From assembly GCA_002269645.1 (NCBI GenBank), contig NIVC01000211.1, forward strand, positions 372,001 to 436,000: a stretch of 64,000 bases of DNA, in the 5' to 3' direction. Positions 1-11,680 of the stretch are shown here, piece after piece. Source of the stretch: Macrostomum lignano. Taxonomy: Eukaryota. How positions within the stretch are numbered: position 1 is the stretch's first letter; the number at the start of each line of letters is the position of its first letter. A program made the position numbers and the translations under genes. Under the pieces are notes generated by a model that saw nothing but the letters and a program-made list of their open reading frames with translations, had not been told where the DNA came from and searched no databases.

Positions 1-1766
1 TACTCATTTTAGCAATTTAACGCTGCAAGCAATCATTTGACGCTGCGATCGACTCATTTTGACGCCCTGAAGCAAAACTACTGGTTTCCTCAACAGGTCA
101 AAAAGGTGGGATGGGGTGGGGGACAACGTAATGGCATTTCCCACCCCATAGCTTTGTCCTCCCAGTTCTCCCGCGGTGGGCGACGCCCTGCAGTAGTACA
201 GTAAAAAAATTATTATCCTAATTTTTCTTACGTACGTTAAGTGGAAAATACATTTAAACTCACAACAAACTAAAAAACGGTGCTATACGTGACTCTATGG
301 CACCGTACGTATGGCACCGTACGAGATTTTCTCAGATAAAGAGTTGTTGCCCGAACTCCAATCCTTTCACCATACTTGTAATTTATGCTACAATTGACGA
401 TCATGGTCTCCGAGCAATAAAAGTTTAGTATACCAACAAGAAAAAGTATATATTTTGATCAAGACACGTTTTTCAATTTGATTCAAGCTATTTTAAATAT
501 TTCTTGTGAGCTATATTTTCTGTCAAACACACAGAATGAAAATCGCCCAGAGTTTTCAGCACTCATTTGCAAAAATGAGGGCATGAATTTAACGGCCTTT
601 CGTGACTCGTTTGATATGCGGTCACCCAAATTGTTTACAGTCAGCATCTTTAAATTCTATTTTATGGACGAATTTATTGTCCGAGAATTTAGTTTAAGTT
701 TAGCTTTTGCTTTTTTCTTCATTTCTATTTTGATTTGTCTGGTCAGACGAGCAAGAAAAATTATAATTATTTTTAAATAAAACTTACTAAGAGGCTGGTT
801 TTAGTTTTCAAGCAGCTTCTAGTTTTTAATGTCCTCTTTGTCGTCTTTGATAAAATTAAATTATAAATTAAGCCTAGTAAACATTTGGTTTACAGCTATC
901 TCTTTTGTGAGTTTTAATTTTTGTATAGGACTCAAGTCATCACATGAAATTATATGTCACATTGCCACATAACTATTTCCATTTTCTGTTTTATAGTCAT
1001 AAATAACTATTATTTAATTTACTTATTTTATTTGAATTTTACCTGTCTATTACCTAGCTTATTGCTAATTGCTTGGGTTAGGTGTTCTTTTCTCAACAGA
1101 TCCAACAAGAACTAGCTACACTTATTAAGGGCGATCTTCCAAAAATGTTTGTACCCTTTTGTAAATTCAAAAAGGATTTTTCAAAAAATATGAAAGCAAA
1201 GTTTGAATATTCTTTTGCCTTAGCGGCTTAGGCTAGATTAAAATTAGATTTTCTTAAAAGTAATATTTGTTTTAATGCAACATACAGAGTAAGGGGTTAG
1301 AGAAAAGTGAAGCAAATTGAAAAAAAAACATATTTATAGGTAGAGTGGAGGTGGGAAAAATATATAAAGTAAGTAAATAAATGATATACAATTAAAAAGG
1401 TTATTTATTTAAACAAAATACTATCATTAACTCTAATCTCACTATTATAATAATGTATATATTTTGATTAAGACACTCTTTAAAATTATATCTAAAAATG
1501 TCTTGTTCTATCAACCATTTATTAGTTATTATATTGTTTTCTCTTGGTGATTTCCTACTCTATTCTAAAATGACTGCACTTTTTAAACAGTTTTCTATAT
1601 TAAAATATTTTTATGCTACAGTGATTTTATATTAATTTAAGTATAGTTAAACAAATGATATTTAGTCTATATAAATTCAAAATGCTACTTTATTAATATT
1701 TTATTTATAAAGTGCCATTTCTACAATTGCATTAAATATTGTTGATATTTTGCATGAACTAGTAAA

Positions 1767-3555
1767 ATGGCTGCAGTTGTAAAGCAGGGCCAGTTAAGCA
1801 AGTACACTGGTAAGATAACTTATTTCAGGTGTTAATAAATATTCAGATTGCATTTGAAAATGATTCTACCCAATTTTCTCCAATCCTCTAGGTAGCATGC
1901 TTGGCAGCAGCTGGAAGCAGGTATTCGTTGTACTTCGCTCTGACAGCAGTCTCTCCTGGTTTGACAAGCAAAACCAATCTACTCCAAACCGAACTGTCGT
2001 TCTACGCAATGTGTGCAACTTTTTAGCCTTGGGCGCCGTGACCCAGCGACTGCCATTCAAACCCGTGGTTGACAAAGACCGAGTCAAGCATCTCCTTGCG
2101 GTGCCTCATCAGGCCAGCCAAGAGGCGCGCATTTCCTATTTTTTGTTTGCTAACGACAAAGAGATGGACGACTGGATGTCGGCCATTACTGGTACACTGC
2201 CGCCGCCACCGCAGCAGCAGCAGCAGCAACAGCCTCAGCAGCAGCAGCCGATCCAGGTAAAGTTCATTTCTGACTGGCACTGAATTTGGCGCTTTTTTTT
2301 CTGACTGGCACTGAATTTGGCGCTTTTTTTTCTGACTGGCACTGAGTTTGGCGCTTTTTTTGAATCGTACTGAGTTTGGCGCCCCTTTTTCTGACTTGCA
2401 CTGAGTTTGGCGCCTTTTTCTGACTGGCACTGAGTTTGGCGCTTTTTGTGACTAGCACTGAGTTTGGCGCACTTTTTCTGACTGACACTGAATTTGGCGC
2501 TTTTTCTGACTGGAATCGAGTTTGGCGCTTTTCTGACTGGCACTGAGTTTGGCGCCTCTTTTCTGACTGGCACTGAGTTTGGTGCCGCTTTTCTGACTGG
2601 CACTGAGTTTGGCGCCTTGTTTTCTGACTGGCACTGAGTTTGGCGCCTCTTTTCTGGCTGGCACTGAGTTTGGCGCCTCTTTCTGACTGGCACTGAGTTT
2701 GGCGTCGAATATTTCACCTTCAATGTACTTCCTAAACGTTGTTATCGTTGCTAATTTCAGGCCTCCACCAGCTACCCCGTCAACTCTCCAGCCCCGCCGC
2801 CCTACACTCCGAGTTCGAGCGGCCCACCGTACGGCGGCGGAGGTCCCGGCGGTCCAGGCGCTCCCTACGGCGCTCCGTACGGTGGCGCCCCCTATGGCGC
2901 TCCTTACGGCGGTGCCCCCTACGGTGGTCCGCCATACGGAGGCCCCGGTGGTCCCGGCGGCCCTCCCGGCGGCCCAGCGCCTTACCCCGGCGGCCATGGC
3001 GGTCCTGGAGGCCCTGGCGGTCCACCGCCAATCGGTTTCAACATTGGCGGCGGTCCCGGTGGTCCTCCAATGCCTCCGGGTTCTTCCGGCGGCTATCCCG
3101 GACCGCACCATAGCGGCCCGCCGCCTCCGCCGCCGCCGACCTACGCTGGGCCGGGTGGTTCCGGCCCCGGTTATTACGGAGCGCCACCAGGCGGCGGCGC
3201 TGTGGGCTACCCGATGCAGCCGTACCAGCAGCAGCCGCGCTACCCTCAAGCAGCTGGTGGAGCTGCAGCCTATCCCTACGGCCATCCGCCGCAGCAGCAG
3301 TATCAGCAATACCCACAGCAGCCGGGCGGCGTTGTTGTTGTTAAACAGAAAAAGAAGAAGAACAAAGGAATGCGCAATGCTGCTGTAGGCTTGGCTGCCG
3401 GAGCGGCTGGAGCCTATGTTGCGCATCGCGCGTTCGGCGGCTGGGGTCACGGCATGGGCTGGGGCCATGGGATGGGTTGGCGACATGGCTCCTGGTCTTC
3501 GCTGAGCAGCTGGGGCAGCTGTGGCAGTTTCAGCAGCTTTGGAAGTTTTGATTAA
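1767..3555 (+). CDS. PH-domain protein with Gly/Pro/Tyr-rich C-terminus, PLEKHB/evectin-like (3 exons: 1767-1809, 1892-2256, 2761-3555)
   Basis: Hand-spliced with GT-AG introns in phases 1 and 0. N-terminus MAAVVKQGQLSKYTGSMLGSSWKQVFVVLRSDSSLSWFD...FANDKEMDDWMSAI is a PH domain (basic beta1-beta2, terminal helix Trp). It is followed by PPPY and GPY-rich low complexity, then QQPGGVVVVK...AVGLAAGAAGAYV, the architecture of PLEKHB proteins. Confidence 0.85.
2265..2705. repeat. Intronic minisatellite, ~29-30 bp unit (ttttttctgactggcactgagtttggcgc)
   Basis: Visible tandem array filling intron 2 of the PH-domain gene; accounts for the overlapping minus-strand repetitive ORFs. Confidence 0.95.
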
Positions 3556-3834
3556 CTCAACAGGATGTTGGATGATTGATGGTAGAGAGCAAGAGATGCT
3601 CATAGTGAATTCTGGATACCAAATCTCCCTCTGTAAATTGTTTTATTTTTATTATTTTATGAAGTGGACAAACAGATGTGTAACTTTTGTAGCTTAAATA
3701 AGAGATACGATATAAATTTTTACAATATTGCTAACCCAGCCAAGTAAGACGCGCTGTTCATTTTCGAAGAGTGGTCACAGATGCTCTAAAAAGAAAGTTG
3801 AACAAGACTTCGTTGAAGCATTGGGTTAATAAAG

Positions 3835-4100
3835 TAGTGGTCAGAGCGTCGAACTCACGACTTGAAGGTCGGGGGCTCGATTCTCGGTCCCATTGGAACT
3901 ATTTGTGGCCTTGAGCAACCCAGCTGTAAAACGGGTGCCAGCATTAGCTGGGCTAATTGAGGATGTGTGTGGCGACCCCCCCAGTCCTTGGACTGAACAG
4001 CCGTACGCAGCCTTCAGATGCGCCGCGCAATAGCTGCGGCTGAGCTGTCGGTTGCACACCTGCCCATTTTGGGAAGGTGTAATCAATTATTATTATTAAA
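3835..4100 (+). mobile_element. tRNA-derived SINE, family 1, copy A
   Basis: tRNA-like head (tagtggtcagagcg...ggctcgattc; A/B boxes), body ttgtggccttgagcaacccagctgtaaaacgggtgcc, (tta)n tail. Homologous copies at 5246-5400 and 44786-44940. Confidence 0.8.
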
Positions 4101-4786
4101 ATACTAATATTGCAAGATATTTACACAATAAAGAAATGTTCCCTGCGTCTGTGACTTCTTTATAATGATATTTAGATGTTGCTTTTGATGGCACCATGAC
4201 AGTGGCATCATAAATTATAATATTTCTTCGCACATTGTCAGCTTAAAAACTTTTCAAGCCAGTTTTTAATCATTGTTTTATCTGCTTTTAAATCAAGAGA
4301 CCAGTTAATAAGTTTACTTAGTGGATAATGCTAAGTACCCTGTATACAGTTTTGAGCCTCTATGTATTTATTCAGATTTCTAGCAACCTGTTGTGCTGTT
4401 TGCGATAAAAGAAGAATAGTAGCTATCCAAATATATACTAAATCAAATTTATCAATTAACTAACGCATTGTGGTTGTAGAATGCGTATCATTTAACATTT
4501 ATCCTATAGGAGCGTAAATTATCAAGTTCTATATTTGTCTGCTTTGATAATTTCAATCTCTAGAAGCGCACGATGCTCACATACCGTTTACAACCTTGAG
4601 CACAGTTCGTACAACAATGTAAATCTGGCTCTTATAAGCGTTTATATAGTCTACACCATAGACACATTATTATATTCACGCATATTTGAATCCTAAACTT
4701 ATACTCGTATTACTTGTAGAAAATCAAATTTAGCGAATTTATCGCGTAATTCATCATTTTTACATGTAAAGTACATAAAAATCGGC

Positions 4787-7700
4787 ATGTCAACCAGCTG
4801 TCACCATCTAGATCACAACTGCGAATGGCCAGACACGGACGAGCTGGTGGCAGCAGCCAATCGGATTCGACCCTACGTAAGCGTCACTCCAGTCATGACG
4901 TCATCTTTATTGGACTCGATGTCCAACGGTAGGCGACTTTACTTCAAATGCGAGCATCTTCAACGTACTGGAAGTTTTAAGCTGCGAGGCGCTTTGAACG
5001 CCTTGCTGAGAATGCCTCAGGGCTATGCAGGTGTGGTGGCGCACAGCAGCGGTAACCATGGACAGGCGCTGGCCTGGGCAGCGGACAGGCTCCGTCTGGT
5101 CTGCTGCGTTGTGGTGCCAAACGATACACCGGCGGCAAAGGTTGGCCTTTAAACATTTTTTTAAATGAATCATTTTGGACTAGCTGAGCTTCTTTTTGGC
5201 AACCCCTAAACCCCCATAGCCTAGCCTGGAGTTGTACCTGTATTCTAGTGGTTAGAGCGTCGGACTCACGACTGAAAGGTCGGGGGTTCGATTCTCGATC
5301 ACACTGGAACAATTTGTGTCCTCGAACGAGACATTAAACTCTGCATTGCTTCAGTTCATAGCTGCGGCTGAGCTGTCGGTTGCAAATCTGCCCATTATTG
5401 TATAATTTGGTACAAAAAGCAAAAAAGGCGTCGAAATATTAAAGCTCTATTATATTATGGTTTCTTAGTGTTAGTTTTGTGTAATGAAGATGGCAGAAAA
5501 CAGAAAATACAGGGTCTGTCCCACCGATTACGACGACAGATGCCGATTTACGAAACTTGTTGATTATTTGCTTTTCTCGCCATCTTAGACTAGGTTAGAC
5601 CCTTCGATCCTTAATTTAGAGGAACCCATTTTTAGTCTCCCTCCCCCTTCACAACCAGATTCAGCCCATGCGCAGCTACGGCGCGGAGGTGCACTTCTGC
5701 CAGCCGAACTACTCAGATCGACGGCGGGTCTGCGACAGGCTGGCCGCCGAGCGACGACTCTATCCGGTGCCCTCGTCCGACCACTGGGACGTGATCTCTG
5801 GGCAAGCCAGTGTCGGGCTGGAGCTGATAGAACAGGTGCCAGAGCTGGATGCGGTCTTGGTACCTGTCTGTGGCGGGGGACTGGCCGCAGGTGTGGCTCT
5901 GGCGTCGGCGACGATGTCCAAAGCTGCAGAGCCTGCATCGGCCAGTGCTGCACGGTCGTCTGTTAGAGTCTACTGCGTTGAGGCAGCCGGGAAGGTTAGC
6001 AAATTTTCAGGAATTTTAGTCAGGAGACTTAATTTTCTGCAGGAACACCAAGCCATTACTGCCCATTCTGAGGCATTATACTGCCGATTCTGCCGACTCC
6101 CCTGAGCAGGCACACAAGTGCGTGGTCACGTGCGCAGTCATACGCGCAGGCACACACTCACACACGGGAGTGTACAGCGGCCCTAACTTTATTTTTCGTT
6201 AGGCATGTACACTTCACTGCGCTTTGTGGACCCTCATGGGGCGTTAATTCTAAGGGCGTCCAAGTTAATGCTAGCTACTGCACTTAGAATCGAGCCTGGG
6301 CTGCTGACACATGAGAACGCCTCGCTAGACCACTTGACTAGGGCCCAACGGCTTCTAGAGTCATTTGGCGTTACCTTTTCCCACAAGCTCCGCTTAAGTG
6401 AAGGCCAGTGGCCACCACTGTCAGAGAGATGATGCACTAGCACTAGCTTATGAAAACAATTCAATCTTCTGGCAGTATTGTTGAATATCTCGACGGTCTA
6501 GAGGTCTGGCGACTTGAATATTGTGTGAGAAAGTGCAGAAAAAAGGAAAAACAAAGATTTTCATCTGGCCTAATGTACTTTAAAGTTAAATTTAGTCAGA
6601 AGACTCCAGCGTCAGAAGACTCCAGCGTCAGAAGACTCCAGCGTCAGAAGACTCCAGCGTCAGAAGACTCCAGCGTCAGAAGACTCCAGCGTCAGAAAAC
6701 TCCAGCGTCAGAAAACTCCAGCGTCAGAAGACTCCAGCGTCAGAAGACTCCAGCGTCGGAAGACTCCAGCGTCGGAAGACTCCAGCGTCAGAAGACTCCA
6801 GCGTCAGAAGACTCCAGCGTCAGAAGACTCCAGCGTCAGAAGACTCCAGCGTCGGAAGACTCCAGCGTCGGAAGACTCCAGCGTCAGAAGACTCCAGCGT
6901 CAGAAGACTCCAGCGTCAGAAGACTCCAGCGTCAGAAGACTCCAGCGTCAGAAGACTCCAGCGTCAGAAGACTCCAGCGTCGGAAGACTCCAGCGTCAGA
7001 AGACTCCAGCGTCAGAAGACTCCAGCGTCAGAAGACTCCAGCGTCAGAAGACTCCAGCGTCAGAAGACTCCAGCGTCAGAAGACTCCAGCGTCGGAAGAC
7101 TCCAGCGTCAGAAGACTCCAGCGTCAGAAGACTCCAGCGTCAGAATACACCAGCGTCGGAAGACTCCAGCGTCAGAAGACTCCAGCGTCAGAAGACTCCA
7201 GCGTCAGAAGACTCCAGCGTCAGAAGACTCCAGCGTCAGAAGACTCCAGCGTCAGAAGACCAGCGTCAGAAGACTCCAGCGTCAGATGCATAAGCGTCAG
7301 CTGGCGACATGCAGTCTTGTCATTCATCTACGCCACTGACTCTTGTCCGTCTGTCGAGAATGCTTTCAAAGTAAATGAGATGCCATTTGGTATTATTGTA
7401 CTACACTGTATATCTCTTTAAATATACCTGGTATTTGAAACTTCAATTAGCAAAAAGATTTCACGCATCACTTTTTACGGAATTACTTCTCTAACAGGAG
7501 TCATGAAAATATTTTAATGACTGTATGCGTATAGTCTGGAAAAGAAAATGGGAAATGCATCTGGTACTTTTCCAACTCGGGCATCAACTTGCAGAATCTC
7601 GCGGCCAGCCTTGTCGCCGGCCAGCCGCTGAATACGTCCGACGAGTTTATTCCGACCGTTGCCGAGTCGCTTCGTCTTCGGCCAGTTGCTCCGCTCGCTC

Positions 7701-8023
7701 TCTCGGTGCTGCACCGTCTGGCCGAACGAAGAGTTTTCAGCGTTGACAACGCCGGTATGGCTGGCGGCGTGCGGCTGGCCGCTCGCTATCTCAAACAGAC
7801 AGTGGAAGCCGCCAGCGGCGCCGCCCTGTTCGCCGCTGTACACCTGGCCGACAAGACTCTCCCTCCGGTGACTGAGTGCCAAAATATTGGCGTCGTGCTG
7901 AGTGGGGGAAATCTTGACCCGTTTTCTAAGGAGTTCTACAGATTGACTGCTGAGCTAGAGACAGTCACGGATGGTGGCGGCGGCCCGGTGAACATTGTCG
8001 GGCCTGTGATGCTTCAGATGTGA
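4787..8023 (+). CDS. SRR: Serine racemase-like PLP-dependent enzyme (3 exons: 4787-5140, 5659-5994, 7595-8023)
   Basis: PLP-lysine motif FKCEHLQRTGSFKLRGALN, HSSGNHGQALAWAA, GQASVGLELIEQ, VPVCGGGLAAG and C-terminal GVVLSGGNLD. All introns GT-AG in phase 0. HSSGN rather than ASAGN favours racemase over threonine dehydratase. Confidence 0.85.
5246..5400 (+). mobile_element. tRNA-derived SINE, family 1, copy B (internally deleted, intronic)
   Basis: tagtggttagagcgtcggactcacgactgaaaggtcgggggttcgattc head plus shared 3' segment tagctgcggctgagctgtcggttgca, matching the copy at 3835-4100. Confidence 0.8.
6050..6347 (-). mobile_element. tRNA-derived SINE, family 2, copy A (intronic)
   Basis: Reverse complement reads gggccctagtcaagtggtctagcg...cccaggctcgattctaagtgcag, then body gcagtgaagtgtacatgcctaacg...gttagggccgctgtacactcc, matching 29657-29940 on +. 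Confidence 0.8.
6597..7285. repeat. Intronic minisatellite, 16-bp unit (agactccagcgtcaga)
   Basis: Highly regular tandem array in racemase intron 2; produces the spurious ORF 6450..7421. Confidence 0.97.
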
Positions 8024-8879
8024 AGGCGTGTCTTTGTTTTGTGAGCAGTTGCATTTAGTCGTGAAATCGTAGTACATGCCGCTTCATGAATAAAGAACAG
8101 GTAGAGCATTATACGAGCGTACTAAATGCAACTTAATCTATACATTTATGTCTATAAGAACTAAATTAATGAATGCAACATCTTCAATTTCGACAGTTAC
8201 TATTTGCAAAATTTATTTTTCTTTACTTGCAATAGCTACTTAATAGTAGTATTAGTGCTTTCTTAGTTGTTTTGTAATTTTTATGGCTAAAAAGAGCTAA
8301 AAATATAAATGCTATGATATACGTGCTGAGTGCAGTGGCAACCATAAGTTGGTTAATTTTTGCTATATCAATATAACAAAATCGTTGAAAGGCAGTCAAA
8401 AATTCTTAACAAATGATGTGCGATTATGTATAATTCCCAGATGATTTTCGAATGAAAAAAATGAAAAAAATCAGATGGAACCAATTGTGCTGCCTATTGA
8501 TAATTGTCCTCTGTCGGTTTTTCTATCTGTCCTATCAAGCTGGCGATAACGATAAGTATAACGATACTAAACTCAAATGTGGGTGCCTCATCCAAAAAAA
8601 TCTTGAAGGTTAATCTTAATGCCAGTTTCCGCAAACTAGACGCCGTTCATGTGTCCGTCTGGGCGCCGGACGCTGGCAGCCTTTAGCAACGTCCGAGCGC
8701 TGCATGGCTCTCGATGCAATTAATCTACTGCGTGGAGTCAACTGGACGGGATCTGGCCGTCAGCATTGAAGTCGGGAAGCCGTTTAAAACTTGTCCGACG
8801 AGTTTTTAGTTCACAGCTACACTGGCATGGCCTCGAGGGCGTTCGTCTGGCAGCTCTTTACCTGATCATGAAGCAGACG

Positions 8880-10623
8880 ATGCCCCATGCTATGGGCATT
8901 GCTCTCACATTTAAGGATGCCGAAAGAGGCGATACATAAATTACAAGACCTACACGAGAACACACTTTACCGAGTGAAGGGCGGGGAAGGAATAAGCGAA
9001 GGTTGGTCACCAGAACGCGGTCTCAGAGAAGGATGCCCTACGTCACCGGTTTTATTCAACATTTATCACCAAGCGTGCATGAGAATGGCAGAGAAAGAAA
9101 GACAAGAAGAAGCCAAGAAGTCAGGAAACATATGTGGAATTGAGTGGAGCTGGCCACCAGGACACTCATTACCGCCACAGCGCAGACACCAATACAACTC
9201 AGAAAACCGGACACACATGTTCCAGACCTCCCTCTCTTCGCGGACGACACCACCCTAACAGGGAACCGCGGTGAACTGACCGGTGGCCTCGGAATAACAA
9301 AAGAAGTCATGCAGCGGTTTGAGGAGAAGACCAACGACCAGAAGCAAGAGAACCTCCTCTTCGGAACACCAGAAGGAGGTACGGTGAGGATGCTAGGAAG
9401 CTGGCTAGACGGAGAAGAAGTAGACGTGAGGCAGAGGATCGGAAGAGCCAATAAGAGCTGGAAGACAATAAGGAAACGCTCGTAAAGTGCAGATTGTGAA
9501 AGAGAACACAAGGACGAGTGATTGAAGCCTGAGTCGAGAGCACACTTCTGTATCAAGCCAACGTGAGACCGTTCCACCTGTCCCAAATAAAGAAAATGCA
9601 GCGATGCATGGACAGAATGTATCGGTTTGTCTGGAGCTCTAAAGTGAAGGAACCAATCAGAAAATGGAAGAAAAGGAGGTGAATATGCAAGACATCAGAA
9701 ACGAACTAGGCGTCGCATCCGTGAGATTTAAGATTGAACGCACACACCTCATCCGTGTTTGGCACGTATTACGCATGCCGGACGAGAGACAGACCAAGAA
9801 AGCAGTCTTAGGCTGGTACAAGAGGCTGGAAGGAATCGGGAAGAGAAGACAACGGAAGAACCAGACAATTGACTCTTGGAGGAGATTGTTAAAGGAAGCA
9901 GAAATCGAATCAGAGAGCGCAGAAAGATTTACACAAGATCGAAGTGGAGAAGTGGAGAAGTGGGTTGTGGAAGCGATGACGAAAGAAATGCGAGAATGGG
10001 AGGAACGTCAAGGAAAAAAGGCCGAGGGAAGAAAGCGTAATAACCCGAGACAGAGATCCCACCCACCGGTAGAAACAGAATAGGAACCGGAAGTAATACG
10101 GGAAGAGAGAGGTAGAAGGAAGGAGAAGAGAACGGAGTTCAAATGTGAATATGAAGGATGTGAGAAGATCTGCAAGAGTAAAGCGGGACTAGCGATCCAT
10201 GAGAAGAGAATGCACCGCGTTAGGAACACCCAAGTGATGTTCGAGTGCAGCAAGTGCAAGAAAACATTCACGCAAGAAGCGACAATGAAAAACCACAAGA
10301 AGAGTTGCAGAGGCGAGCAGGAAAAGGACGGAAAGACGGCATGCAACAAGGAATGCGGTATAGAAGTGACAACATCAAATTTGGCGAGACACCGAAAGAA
10401 TTGCAGCAAACCAGGAAAGAGCACAGAAAACTCCACCTAGGAAGTACAAAGCGAAAGTGAAGGAGTGCGAAACGTGCGGCAGAAATTTGTCAGCAACGAA
10501 CATGGCGAGGCATATGAGGATCTGTGGAAGGCCCTGATCTGAGAGGACCCTGTGGAGCCAAGCCGAAAGGCGATAACGGCCAAGAAGAAAAAGAAGACGG
10601 CTTAGCTACTACTACTACTACTA
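8880..10623 (+). mobile_element. 5'-truncated, frameshifted non-LTR retrotransposon (RTE-like RT) with C-terminal zinc-finger cluster and (CTA)n tail
   Basis: RT motifs GLREGCPTSPVLFN and LFADDT across frameshifts, thumb region HVLRMPDERQTK, four zinc fingers at ~10140-10537, ctactactacta tail at 10605-10623. Confidence 0.85.
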
Positions 10624-11559
10624 ACGGTATATATATGTCTGCGCCAAACCCCCCCCCATTCTGTCTGCGCCAACCCCCCAATTCTGTTTGCGTCACCCCC
10701 CCATTCTGTCTGCGTCAACCCCCCAGTTGCACCCAACCCCACTGTTTGTTAGGCCAGCCGGTTTTGGCTGGCTGCGGCTCCAGTGCGCCCCTCGCTCGCC
10801 CTGCGATTGGCTGGTGGTCCAGCCAATATCGGTTTATATTCTTTTCTCCCTCCAATCGCGACCCCGGCTTTGTAACTTTTATAAGACGATCGTAATTTTG
10901 GCTAGCTGAGCCTGGGGTAGCGATACCCCAGGGCTTAACCAGCTAGCGCCAATATAAATATATGCAGGAGCGGCAGTAGGGGAGGCATCTTTTTGGTTGA
11001 ATTGTGCAAGACACAGCCATAAGTTCTAGTACTGCAATAAGACCCGAAGTTATACGCAGTTACTCAGAAGTTACTCAGCCAGAACTGAAGAGCGAAGTTG
11101 AGAGAAGCCTCCCCTACTGCCATCGCCGCTGCTTCGTGAAGATAAAGGAGTGAGGTCGCGCGTTTTTCTCATTTGAGGGACTGGCGGGGATTAATTCATG
11201 CAATAGGGACGGGCTAATCAAGTCTCTTGACGCGATCCCTCGCTCAGAGTCTGAAGTCAGTCCGGCCAGTTGACTGAAGCCATCTTCGGCTCGTTCACTG
11301 TGATAATCAGAGTCGCGATCCGGCCTGTAGCACAACACCATACACAGCTACTATAACGTACAACTACCAACAATCTGGCGGGCCATAGGAAAAAGTGAGT
11401 GCCTAGACTGACCGGCCGGACCTGCTTGGTGCGCGGGTGAATGTACCAATGCCGAAAGGCAAATAAAGGGAAGAAGAAGAAGAAGAAGGGCAAGAACTAC
11501 ACGACCAGGGCAAAGTAGCAGAATTATACTTATCGTCGCTATTTACCAACATTAACAAA

Positions 11560-11680
11560 TCTAATATATCTAAAGTAGCAACCCCCCCTCCACCGGCCCT
11601 GTCTGTCTGTGGGTATGTAACAGGTTATCTCCCAAAAGGCTCAACCGATTTTACTTATCTTTACTTTACTTTTACTTTTT
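11560..11680 (+). mobile_element. Helitron-like non-autonomous 5' fragment
   Basis: Starts A^TCTAATATATCTAAAG, has a ctgtctgtctgt microsatellite and ...aggctcaaccgatttt, as in non-autonomous Helitron/DINE-like 5' ends. Flanked by 33-bp direct repeats (11528-11560, 11681-11713). Confidence 0.5.

Noticed and set aside
478-780. 100-aa ORF with a hydrophobic tail
   Set aside because: Non-ATG start, AT-rich composition and no family motif.
2452-3603. 383-aa minus-strand ORF over the PH gene
   Set aside because: Antisense shadow of a GC-rich exon plus an intronic repeat.
6450-7421. 323-aa ORF with QKTPASEDSSVRRLQR repeats
   Set aside because: Translation of a 16-bp intronic minisatellite inside the racemase gene.
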